Below, one piece after another: positions 1 to 11,647 of a stretch of 64,000 nucleotides of DNA. Origin of the DNA: the human T2T-CHM13v2.0 reference genome, Homo sapiens; the NCBI RefSeq assembly GCF_009914755.1, contig NC_060933.1; one strand, given 5' to 3'. Made by a program: the position numbers and the translations under genes. Each line of letters begins with the position of its first letter. The first letter of the stretch is position 1. The notes beneath the pieces were generated by a model. It was not told the DNA's origin. It saw only the letters and a program-made list of their open reading frames with translations, and did not search any database.

Positions 1-472
<472 letters not shown>

Positions 473-614
473 TTAATCATACTTATTATCACATTGAGTT
501 TCTGCAGTTACTTGGCACAAGATTTAAGAGTTCATACAGGGGAATTTCATTGAGATTGCTTTTACATAAGTAAATTTTGTAATTTTTCTTTTATCGTCTT
601 TTTTCTCTTCTTTA

Positions 615-1180
615 AAAATTTTTTTGTGGTAAATATATGTGATGTAAATTTTACTAATTTAACCATTTTAGGTGTATAGTACTGTGGCATTAAGTATATT
701 CACATTATTATGCAGCCATCATCTCCACCTATCTTCAGGACTTTTAAAATCTTCCCCTGCTAAAACCCCATACCCCGTTAAACGTTAATTCCCCATTCCC
801 CCTTCCCTCAGGCTCCTAGCAATCACCATTCTACTCCCTGTCTCTATGAATCTTACTACTCTAGGTACCTCAAATAAGTAGAATCCTACATGTCTTCAAG
901 GCTCATCCATGTTGTAACATGTGTCAGAATTTTCTTCCTCTTTAAGGTTGAGTAATATCCCATTGTATGTATATATGGAACATTTTGTTGATCTGTTCAT
1001 TTGTCAATAAAGACTTGGGTTGCTTTTATTTTTTGCTATTGTATTAATATATAACACTGCTATGAACATGGGCGTACAAATATCTGTTTGAATCTCTACT
1101 TTCATTTCTTTTGTGTATATACCCAGCAGTGGAATTGCTGCATCATATGGCAATTCTATGTTTAATTTTTGGAGGAATCA
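615..1180 (-). mobile_element. Old L1M (L1MB/MC-type) 3' end fragment
   Basis: Typical antisense L1M 3'UTR text (e.g. atatacccagcagtggaattgctg, ctatgtttaatttt). Confidence 0.75.
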
Positions 1181-2619
1181 AACTTGTGCTTTTAAAATTC
1201 ATACATTCAGCAAATGTTCATTAGACTCCTATTATGTGCCATGCAGCTATGCCAGAGGTGGGGAATGAATGAACAGGATGCACTGCCTTCCAGGCTGTCT
1301 CATGTGTGAGTAGTTGTTGTTGCTGTTGTTCTTTCTTTAGATGGTGATAATGATTTACTGTGGAATCATTAACTCTCTTCCCCAGCCTTCTTGAGACTAT
1401 GTAGTGTATAATAAGCATGCCCTCATCATCCCAAGCTTCATTAACTTGAATTTCTGAGCCAGAGCCTCAAGCTAGATGCAAACATTACATTGTCATGTCA
1501 TGACTCAGGCTATCTATAATACAACCCCTCTCCCTTCTGTGTCATATGTGGTAGTAGCTTGAAGAGAAAATTATTTCAGCTAAATCAGAGATTTGATTAA
1601 CAAAAACCTGTACAAATGAAATTGTAGTATTGTTACACAAATTATACTATTGTACATTGTATTATATGAATTCTATTAAGATATTAAATTTGAATATGAG
1701 GTAAATAATTTTTCTGTTTGAATGACATTATTCCAATAGAAGTGATACATAAGAAAGGAAAATCCACTTTGAATAAGTTTTCTTACCAAAATGTGAAACT
1801 TTGAAAGTGTAGAATAGCCTTGGAAAATTTAATGAGTTATGACAGTCAACAAAAATTAATCACAATAAGGATAAAGAAAAACAATGTTTTCATCACCATA
1901 AAATCAATCTGATCCTTCTCCTTAAGAGAGTGGTTCATAGCCAATTTCCTTTTCATAATTACAGTGTTTTATTTTGTATGTTTATAACACCCCTTCTTCC
2001 AAACAAATTGAAAGCTCATTTAGCGTAAAATTGCAGTGCAAAAAAGACAGTATCATTTACATGGAGTGGGAAAATAAAAATCAAGAGAGAAAGGGTGAGA
2101 TTTGTTTAAAACTATAGACTGAGAAAAGATTTAGCCATTGAGCATAGATTTTTCTTCTGAGCTTCCTAGTAGCCAAAGAAAAGATGGCATCTCAGAGAGT
2201 GATAGAGCTCTCATTATCAAAAAAATAAAACATAATAATCAACAACATATTTCTTGTATTTGATCATTATGTTCTGAGAATTCAATGTAGGGATTCCTAT
2301 GTAATTAAGCTACATAAGCAAAATTATCCTAGAAAAGTTTACAGAATCTCAGGAGTATTCCACCTACACATGTTTCTACACTGGCCGTTAATCAAAGCCA
2401 GGGGCATAATGTTTATTCACAGACTTTCCAAGGCAGTTCTCCCAGAGGCCAGTATGAAATGGGCCAAGCTTGTAGCTTTCTGATTGTCTCAGCTGCCAGA
2501 AGGATATATAGCTTGGCCCGTTCCGTTAATAGTTTTGCTTAGTCCTGCCACCCTGTATTGCTTTAAAACATACATGTTGTGATAAACACACTTCTGTTTC
2601 TCATAAAAGTCTGGAGGTG

Positions 2620-2930
2620 GGCAATACAGAAGCATTGTGATATCCCAGAGTTTCAGGAAGCCAGGGCCGTTTTTCTGGTGCATAATATCCACTTCAAGGT
2701 TACTTCGTGGTTCTAGATGGCTGCTCCAGCCTTCACATCATCATTTCAGCCACACACGTGGAAAAAAGGAAAAAGGGAGAGAGGGTATGCCCCTCTCTTT
2801 ATGGGCGTTTCTTGGAATTACACCCACTTGCTCCACTGAATGTCCTTAGTGAGAACTGTGTCACATGGTAACACATAACTGCCAAGAGAGGCTAAGAAAT
2901 GTTTCTGTTCTGGGTGGCCATGTATGTTTG
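2620..2930. mobile_element. Probable MLT1 (MaLR) LTR fragment
   Basis: agatggctgctccagc...cacatc and gtcacatgg...taactgccaag motifs typical of old MLT1. Confidence 0.5.
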
Positions 2931-2952
2931 TACCAAAGCAGAAAAAGAATAG

Positions 2953-3453
<501 letters not shown>

Positions 3454-3782
3454 TAGGAAATTGCACATGTAAAAAGAGATAAAATGCTGGATTTTTTTGA
3501 ACCTATGTTTCTCTCAGTTGCACGTCATATTTTTCCCTCAGGACACCTGCATATATGGTAATGGTTTTATTGTTGTTGGCTTGTATTCAATTCTCCATGC
3601 TGTTATCTTATATTTTATTTCCTTCTTGCCATACTCAACAAGTTCCAAATTCCTTCATGAAAGTCTTTTCAAAAAAAAGGCTCACCATAATTTCAAGTAG
3701 GAAAGATGAAATATCCGGTTTTACCCACAAATTCCGTGTCCTTTCTGGAAATTTTAAAAATAAACCACAAAAAAATCATAAG

Positions 3783-3900
3783 TATATGAGGTAATGCATA
3801 AGTTAATTAGGTTAATTTAGCCATTCCATAATGTTCAAAACATAATGTTGTACACCATAAATATATGCAATTTTATTTGTCAATTATTTAAAATAAATAA
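3783..3900 (+). mobile_element. L1M 3' terminal fragment
   Basis: gaggtaatgcata...ttagccattcc...tgtacaccataaatatatgcaattttatttgtcaatt followed by A-rich end. Confidence 0.65.
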
Positions 3901-4309
3901 TTGTTTTAAAATGAACTATACTACAAATTAAATTTAGTTATAGGTTCTTTTTTATATTTATTTCATAGATTTTGGTATTTCTTTGTGACATAATATATAA
4001 TTATGATATGAGATAATTTTTTTAACAGAGAAACTATTAATCTAGTTCATGTTAGCAAATATAACCAACATGGAGCAAGAATAAAATTGAAGACCATACA
4101 GTGATCTGTTGTATTTTAGGGGAAGAATACTCTGATTTTCCGTGGTTTAATTGCTGCTCTGAAATTCAAATTTCATTTCATTTTTGATCTATGTTTTCCT
4201 TGGTTTTCAGAAACCATTTTTTCTTTTGTAATTCTCCTATTTGCTTTTCTTTTTCTCTACTGTCATCTCTGTGAATATCTCATATGTTAATAACTCACAT
4301 GATAATTTA

Positions 4310-5110
4310 ACAAACATTTATCTAATGGCAGTTACGTAAAGGGTGCTGTACTCCGTTCTGTGAATACAAGAGTTTGTAATCTTGATATTTGCTTTCACAG
4401 GATTTACAATCTAGTTGAAGAAGAGTGACACACTCTACTTACAAACAGGGTAGCAGGTGAAAAGTACCTATAGATATATGAGACCCATTTTGTGGGGGAA
4501 CAGAAAACTGAACTATTACTATTTGCTACTTAGATTGGTTAAACAATTAAATATTAAAATGCCAAATTAAAAAATAGAAAAACGTTTGCCACCACAGAGG
4601 AAAATAACTCTTAAAGCTTGAAGCAGTGGAAGAAATCAGAAATGAAAATGATCAGTAACTCTTTGACAGGTTTAAAACTTCTATACAATAAAAAACTAGT
4701 AAAACTAATTACATTAAAAATAAAACAATGGGAAAGACTTTTTTCCAATAAAAGGAGGGCTCATATCTATGATATATAATGCATTCAAATATATTGAAAA
4801 TATTATTCCAGCAAATGAGCAAAAGGAGAAAGTTTTTAAAAAATTGCAGTTAGCAGAAGGCTTTGTGGAGGAGATGCCATTTGAGCTATATCTTAAAGAG
4901 TCAAAAATATAAATTTTAGCAAGGCAAGGATAGAAGGAGGGACCTTCCATGCAGAAGGGACAGGATGAACAAATACACAGTAGTCAAAGGACTTGAAGTA
5001 GTTGGGTAATATCAAGTATTTCAATCGAGGTGGAGCATGGCTTTCTATTATCCTGGGACTGGAAGCAGATCAGGGAGGTCCTTGAATGCCAAGCTGAGGA
5101 ATTTGGCTTT
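4310..5110. mobile_element. Degenerate L2 fragments
   Basis: aacaaacatttat...; gaaggctttgtggaggagatgccatttgagct; ccttgaatgccaagctgaggaatttggc are L2-like. Confidence 0.5.
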
Positions 5111-6509
5111 TGTATTTCAATCCCACTCTCTGTATATTGTCTATAAATCTGTTAACAGCTCTTCACCTTATTGTCTGGCTCTGGTATAATTGTTTTATCT
5201 GTGGAGGATGATGTCATGGAAATAGAACTGAACTAGGAATTAGGGGCCTTGGATTTATGTATTACACTTGGGTTTACTATATGAATATTACAACCATAAT
5301 TCAAACCTCAACAATTAAAATGATAAGTTTCTCTATTTCAAAAAGGCTACAAAAGACAGTTTATTTGTTGCCAAGATTCTCTGTAGCATTGTGCATTGCA
5401 TACAGTAGGTGCTCAGTAAGTGTTTGTTGAATCTAATTCAATAACAAACCTCTGAGATCTGTGCCATAACTTCAGCAATGTAGAAAAAAGAAGATCAAGG
5501 ACCGCAGGTTTGAGGGTACTGAACAAGTCTATCCTCCCGGTTCAGTTCAATGCTCTGCAATGAGTTCTGTTTTGTTTTGTGTTTTGTTTTGTTTTGGGGA
5601 CAAGTATCTTTGAATTTGAATCTAAATTATGATAATATTTTTCCCAGAGTTTCATTAAATCTTTCAAATGCAGAAAAATTGAGAGACATGTCCAGTGGCT
5701 ACTTCTATACCCACCACCTAGAATGGTACTGATTTATTATCTCCTACTTGTATCAGGCTCTGAGCTAAACACTCTACAAACCTCTCACTCTACTGCCCAC
5801 AACTGCCTGACGGTGGTGAACATAACTCTCATTGTCCAAAAGCCTAAAACAGAACAAGCCAGCAAACAAACAAAAAAACCCTAAGCTCAGAAAGTTTCAG
5901 CAATTTATTTCCTTAAATCCCTTCGAGTAATAAATGCAACAGCTAAGATTTAAACTGTCTGGCTCCAAAAACTGAGTTCTTCCCATGGTACCAAACAGCC
6001 TCCAGAATTCCTTTCTTCTACTGACTGGGGTCACAGATTTTAACCAAGCACCTACAGTATGAGAAGCCCTGAATTAAGTCTTGTAGGGAGAACCGTAAGC
6101 TGAGGCCCTTGGGGCTTCTGCCATTTGGAGATGAATCAGATCAAATTTTACAATTGTGGAGTTTGTCACGTAAGCAACATGCTATGCTAGACACTTTGCA
6201 GGGAAAGAGAGGAAGACCATGGGACAAAGAATCTAAAATCATATTTTTTGCCCATTACACAACCTGCAGTAGTGAATCAGATTGAGTAAAAGCAGGAGTC
6301 TTACCTTTCTCTACTTTCTCTCTGCTTACTCTGTTCTCCACAGCTGTAAAGCCTTTCCTTAGTTTCTTTTCATTACCTAAAAGTCTGTGTATATCTCAAA
6401 GCCTTCTTCAGTTTCCATTTTCCTCTACCAAACTCCTCACTGAGTCCTTAAATATGCATTGACATCTCCCTTCTCTGAATTCTCATGGCCCTTTGCTTTA
6501 CAAAGAGTC

Positions 6510-7325
6510 AGTATAGCTTAGTGGTTATGAACACAGATTGCTTGGGTTCAGATCTTGGCCCTTTCCCTCTTTGGAGATATGATTTGGGCAAGTACTTTAA
6601 TTCTCTATGCCTCAGTGTTCTCTGTTAAAGGGGGTATATCAGTTGGGATTCTGTTGCAAAGAACAGAATTTATTCTTGCTAATTTAAGCAGAAAGTGATG
6701 TGTTATAGGATATTAAATAACACATAACATTTGAGTTACCAAAGAAAAAGACTCCAACTTGAGCTTTCTGAAGATTCCAGTGCTGCTTTACAGAAACACA
6801 TCACCATGGGAGTTGCTGCCTCTTCCACAGCCAGGAAGTCATCTGCTGCTGAATGGAAAAGCTGCATGAAACAGCAAGAGCTGCAAGGGCCATGCCCACC
6901 TTCCCTGATCCAGCTAATAAATGCATGTCCCATGCCTGCCTCTTGACACCTGCAAAAATAGCAACTGGTTAGCATGGTTACAAGAAAAACCTCATTGCTC
7001 TGTAGCCATTTTTACAAGCAGACAGAGCAAAGTGTAGTAGCTTCTGCCTCACTTCCTCCTTCCGAATTTTTGTAGTACTTCAGAGTGGCTAGTTCTCAAT
7101 TCCATCCAGTACCCTAGCTGCAAGGGAGTCTAGAAAATGTTGTTTCTGGACTTCAGGCACTGGTTGGGATGAAGGACTGCTAACCCATCATTAAAAACAT
7201 CTATGTGAAGTTAATAAATGTACCTACCCCATAGAGTTGTTGTAAGGATTACGTGAAATAATAAATATAAAATACTTAGAAAAGTGCCTACACATGGGAG
7301 ACTCTCAGTGTATGTAGCTATTTTC
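6510..7325 (+). mobile_element. MIR interrupted by an MLT1-like LTR (about 6640-7170)
   Basis: MIR 5' half (ttgggcaagtactttaattctctatgcctcag) resumes near 7220 (ctaccccatagagttgttgtaaggatta). Confidence 0.6.
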
Positions 7326-8599
7326 ATCTGTCAGCGTCTCAGATGGTAGTCCTGGGGAAAGTCAAACAGCCTTTGATAGAGCCCCAAATTTCCTGCCTGC
7401 TAATAACTTTGATGAACCCATTTTCTACGTAGGAGGACTGGTTTCCTCATCTGCAAATTGGGGATAATAATCACTCTCTAACTCCTAGAGTTTCTGTTCA
7501 TATCACATTAGATCATGTGTGAAAGGTGATTTGAAAACTATAATGAATGCTCTAATGGCTTTGGTGTTAAATAGATACTAGGTGAGTTGGCAAGTTGTGG
7601 AGTAATGCTCAAATTTCAGTTCTGCCCCTGAGAATAGCAGTCTGCTTCCTATACTTTTATCTTAGTCGCCCTTACTTTATTTTTCAGAATTAACCAGGGA
7701 AATCGAACTTCACTGCATCCCTGTGGGGAAAACAAGGCTCAGATGCTGCCATAACCACTTCCTTAAAGAGGGGAGATTAGGCACTGCCTAGCTCTTGAAA
7801 TCCTCCCAGCCCTGAGTTCTTTCCAGGAGACCCTGTGTCCCCTATACACTGGTTTCTGCAGCTGATGGGCTAAGCAGAGAGGCTCAACCTGAAGAAAGAG
7901 ACAGGTGGCTCCAGAGCAAGACTTGTAACGAATTCTCCCCAGGGAGAGAAATACCGAAAGTTTAGCTCACTCTTTCCTCCCATAAAGCACACTGAATGTT
8001 AACAGCTTGCTTCTGTCCAAGCTGGTGTCTTTTCAATTAAGTATTGTTAAATCCATACCATTTGGAATGATGCTTCAGACAGCCCTGACACTCTCTCTCT
8101 CTTGCTTCTGATTTCATTTCACCTAATATGTTGTGCATGGAGCCAGTAACCAGTATTATTCAGCTGCCACGGCTTCTGCTAGTGCTGCTGCTCACACACT
8201 TGCAGACGGTTTTAATTTAGATACCTGAAGAGGAAAAAAGGAATTTGGCCAATGCCCTGCTCAGATGCCGTAAGTGGCCTTTCCCCGGTTGCCATTAATA
8301 TGGATCTAGATTACCTAAAGTTTTACATTACTTTTCCTAGGTGCTGAAAACGTTTTAGAAATGAGAAAGTCAAGAGACATAGAAGCTGGAGGCTAAAATA
8401 AGATACTTTCCATCGTCAGGTAACATATACCCATCGTAAACCCTGGTAGCCTACTTTCCTTTTCCTATAAACATCCCCCTTCAACAACATCACTGCCAAC
8501 ATCTGAATATATGTATGTGTATACATCATATATAGATATAATGCATATATATGAATATGAGATGAGGGTGGATTTAGATTCGGTAAACCGTGGCTCAAT

Positions 8600-8760
8600 G
8601 GCCAGTTCTAGCCAGCAAAGCTTTAGTCAAGTCACTTAACTTCTCTGAGCCTCAGTTTCCACGTACATAAAATGGGGTGATTACTTAATTTCAAAAAGTA
8701 GTCACAAAGGTCAAATGAGATCATAAATGTAAAATCACTTTGTAAACCATAAAGATGGCA
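8600..8760 (+). mobile_element. MIR
   Basis: MIR core caagtcacttaacttctctgagcctcagtttcc...aaaatgggg. Confidence 0.8.
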
Positions 8761-11119
8761 TGTACATTTTGGCCATCATCAAAATTAGTTCATGACCAAA
8801 ACTTTTCCCAGTCACCTTAACCCAACTTGATTTTGTTCTCCCTTTTCTGAAGTTATAGTAAATTTGTAATTTCACCTGTACTGTGTAGCTCTGGATGTGC
8901 AATTGCTTTTCCTAGTTTCTCTGGGTATTCCCAAGAGGAAAGAAAATGCTGTGAGGAATCAGAAGCATGAGACAGTGTGGTGGGCATCCTCCAGGCATTC
9001 AATAGGTGATTGAGGGCTTAACTTTAAAATAGTATATTATTCGGTGACTTCATTGAGATGACCATCTTGCTGTACATTAGCATGCCCATTAAAACTTCAA
9101 GGCAGAAATTTCTGACTCAAAATACCTAGGCAGTATTTATTTGCAAAGCAGAAAAGAATCTAAACTAGCATGTAAGTGGTTCCCAGTTATTTTCTGACCA
9201 TGCTGATTATTTTTCTGTTCCTCTACAAATAGTATCTCATCATTAGCTTTGTTGCTACTTTTCTTTCTCCCATTACCTATTCTTCCCTTTGGATCTGCTT
9301 AATGAGCAGGGTTTATGTGTGAAGAGGGAGGAGGTGGTATTAGGTAAAATGTTCCATTAATAGAACTAGCTGAAACTCTTCAGTTAATGACTGTGATAGG
9401 AGGGAAAAAAATAAACCCTTTAGCAGAAAGCTCTGGTGTGTAACAGAGAGACACATGTAACATAGCTTTATGAATGAAAGTTTATTTCAATCAATCACCT
9501 TTCTTTAATGTGATGAGGATTTCAGACAAAAACAATAGTGGAAAGACAAAGTTAAGCATTTTTACATCTACTTGTGAATACGCTTTAGCTTATGAGCATT
9601 AGCTAGTTTTTGAGAGATTTGTAAAACAAATCTTTCTAAAAGGGAAAAGCATATTTCAAGAATGGGCTCTCTTTGTTATGGATTTGTACTGTCCATTTTT
9701 CTAGGTCCACATACTTAATATTGAGAACAAAGGATAATCTTTGTATGACCTTGACTTTCCTAACAGCATGAAAATAGGATTTTTAAAGTTTCTCTCTCTT
9801 TAATTGATATACCATATGAAGTAGGTAACCTAAAGTTGAACAACCTGCTTTTCTTCACCTTTTTGAAAAGCAACGCAGCAGGTATGTACATAGGCAGACC
9901 TGCCTGTATTCACATGCCCATTATGGCTTGATCAGGTTTTCCATATTCGTGTGTTTCATACCTCTTGTCAGTATTTTTTAATAATGAAAGGAAAGAACAT
10001 TAATTCTAAATGTCTTGTACCTCCACTGCATATATTTCTGGGCTATCAGGAGATCTGAAAAGGGAAAACGTCCTGATGACACACCTATGGCAATGTAAGG
10101 CCAGGGCTGCTCTTTTATTCTTTCAAAACTCAATGATTTCCTTTGCAGATAAGGGGAAATACATCCTTGTTTGACATTTGACACTTTTCTAAAACTGTAA
10201 TAAAACCTTCCTCTAGTAGAGTCAAATCTCCCTTGCTGGTGGATTAAGCAGCTTCAGAAGCTTCCTGACCTTCTCGTTGCTGTTGCTGGCCTTGTCGTCA
10301 TTTCACTGCTCATTAGCACTTCCTTCAGGGCTGGACTGGCCTCCAAGGTCATCCCATCCAACCCTCTTGCAATAGTGGATGGAAAAATGAGGTAAAACTC
10401 AGTTCAGCCTTTTCTGCATTATAACAGCTCTGATAAAGGACGTGGGTGAGGTGCGGAGGAAGCTGAAACTTGGTTAAAAGAAGGTTTGGGGATTAACTGA
10501 GGATTTAATTCATCCTTTCTTTCTCTCCCGTGGCTAAAATAGATAGTTGAGAGTTGGCAGTGCATCAAAACCAGGCTGCTCCTCAACCCCAAATTTCAGC
10601 CCCACTCATCCTGGAGTCTTTGTTGAGGGTTTCTTTTTAAACTGGGGGATCTAAGTTTCTAATTGTGCCTTTACAATTAGCAAATCTTAAATGCCTTCAA
10701 TTGTCACTTTACAGAGAAGCAACTTGCTTTGTTTTTTTCCCCCCAAATTAAGTCCTTAATAACACAAAATAACTTATGCCACTGTTTAGGCTTAGTGAGG
10801 AACCTTCAGAAAATGTATAGAGTATTTATTTTGCAAGTCAAGAGAGAAAGTAAAGAGGAACTTTATGGAGGCGAAATAAAACAGTTGTACAGAACACATT
10901 TACAGGGCACATTAAGTCGGTTTTTGTCTATGGTTCTTTCCCTTTATGGCATATGTTATATATTGACAGGGATTAAGTTTCTCTCCTGAATGGAACAATA
11001 CACAGTCACAGGGAGCTACTGTACTTTACAAAGCAACAGACATCAGCACAGGCAAATGGCAAATAGAAATGCATCTCACAAAGAACTAACCAGGTCCATG
11101 GGAAGCACAGTGCTTGGCT

Positions 11120-11487
11120 TCATCTTTTGCAATTCTGCATCTTTTGCATTTCCCTTCTCGCTCTGCTGCTCGCTCGCCTTTCTTTTTCGTCCTTTTCCCC
11201 CTTTTTTGCTCGCACCGTTACACTTTCTCTGTCCTCCTGGCTTTGTTATTCAGCATGTCTGATTAGCAGGAGCCTGATTGGCTGGCTGCCTGCTCCGAGA
11301 GAGATTCCATTCAGCTTACCCCCCACCCATCCACCCACCCACCCCTCGGTCAGGAAATGTGAGAGGGGCTGATGGAAGCTGATAGGCAGGACTGGAGTGT
11401 TAGCACCAGTACTGGATGTGACAGCAGGCAGAGGAGCACTTAGCAGCTTATTCAGTGTCCGATTCTGATTCCGGCAAGGATCCAAGC
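11120..11487 (+). promoter_or_regulatory. Proximal promoter and 5' UTR of ADAMTSL1: SOX-like CTTTGTT (11241), inverted CCAAT box CTGATTGGCT (11274-11283), CACCC/GT boxes (11319-11345); no TATA box, not a CpG island
   Basis: Motifs read directly upstream of the start codon; the TSS cannot be fixed from sequence. Confidence 0.75.
11372..11443 (+). other. Upstream ORF, 23 aa (MEADRQDWSVSTSTGCDSRQRST*), plus ATGTGA start-stop elements at 11357-11362 and 11416-11421
   Basis: Translated by hand; ends 44 nt before the main ATG; whether it is transcribed depends on the TSS. Confidence 0.5.
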
Positions 11488-11550
11488 ATGGAATGCTGCC
11501 GTCGGGCAACTCCTGGCACACTGCTCCTCTTTCTGGCTTTCCTGCTCCTG
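11488..11550 (+). CDS. ADAMTSL1: ADAMTSL1 coding exon 1 (aa 1-21, signal peptide MECCRRATPGTLLLFLAFLLL)
   Basis: ATG in strong Kozak context (AGCATGG), 21 codons with a hydrophobic h-region, GT donor (CTG|GTAAAT) at 11551, phase 0. Joins in frame to the exon at 42101. Peptide recognised as the ADAMTSL1 N-terminus. Confidence 0.97.
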
Positions 11551-11609
11551 GTAAATGCCTTTTCATTTCAATGCATTGCTATTGCCATTGAGTCTGGGTG
11601 CTGTTGGGG

Positions 11610-11647
11610 GTGTGTGTGTGTATGTGTGTTTGTGTGTGTGTGTGTGT
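11610..11647 (+). repeat. Interrupted (GT)n microsatellite about 60 nt into intron 1
   Basis: Read directly. Confidence 0.95.
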
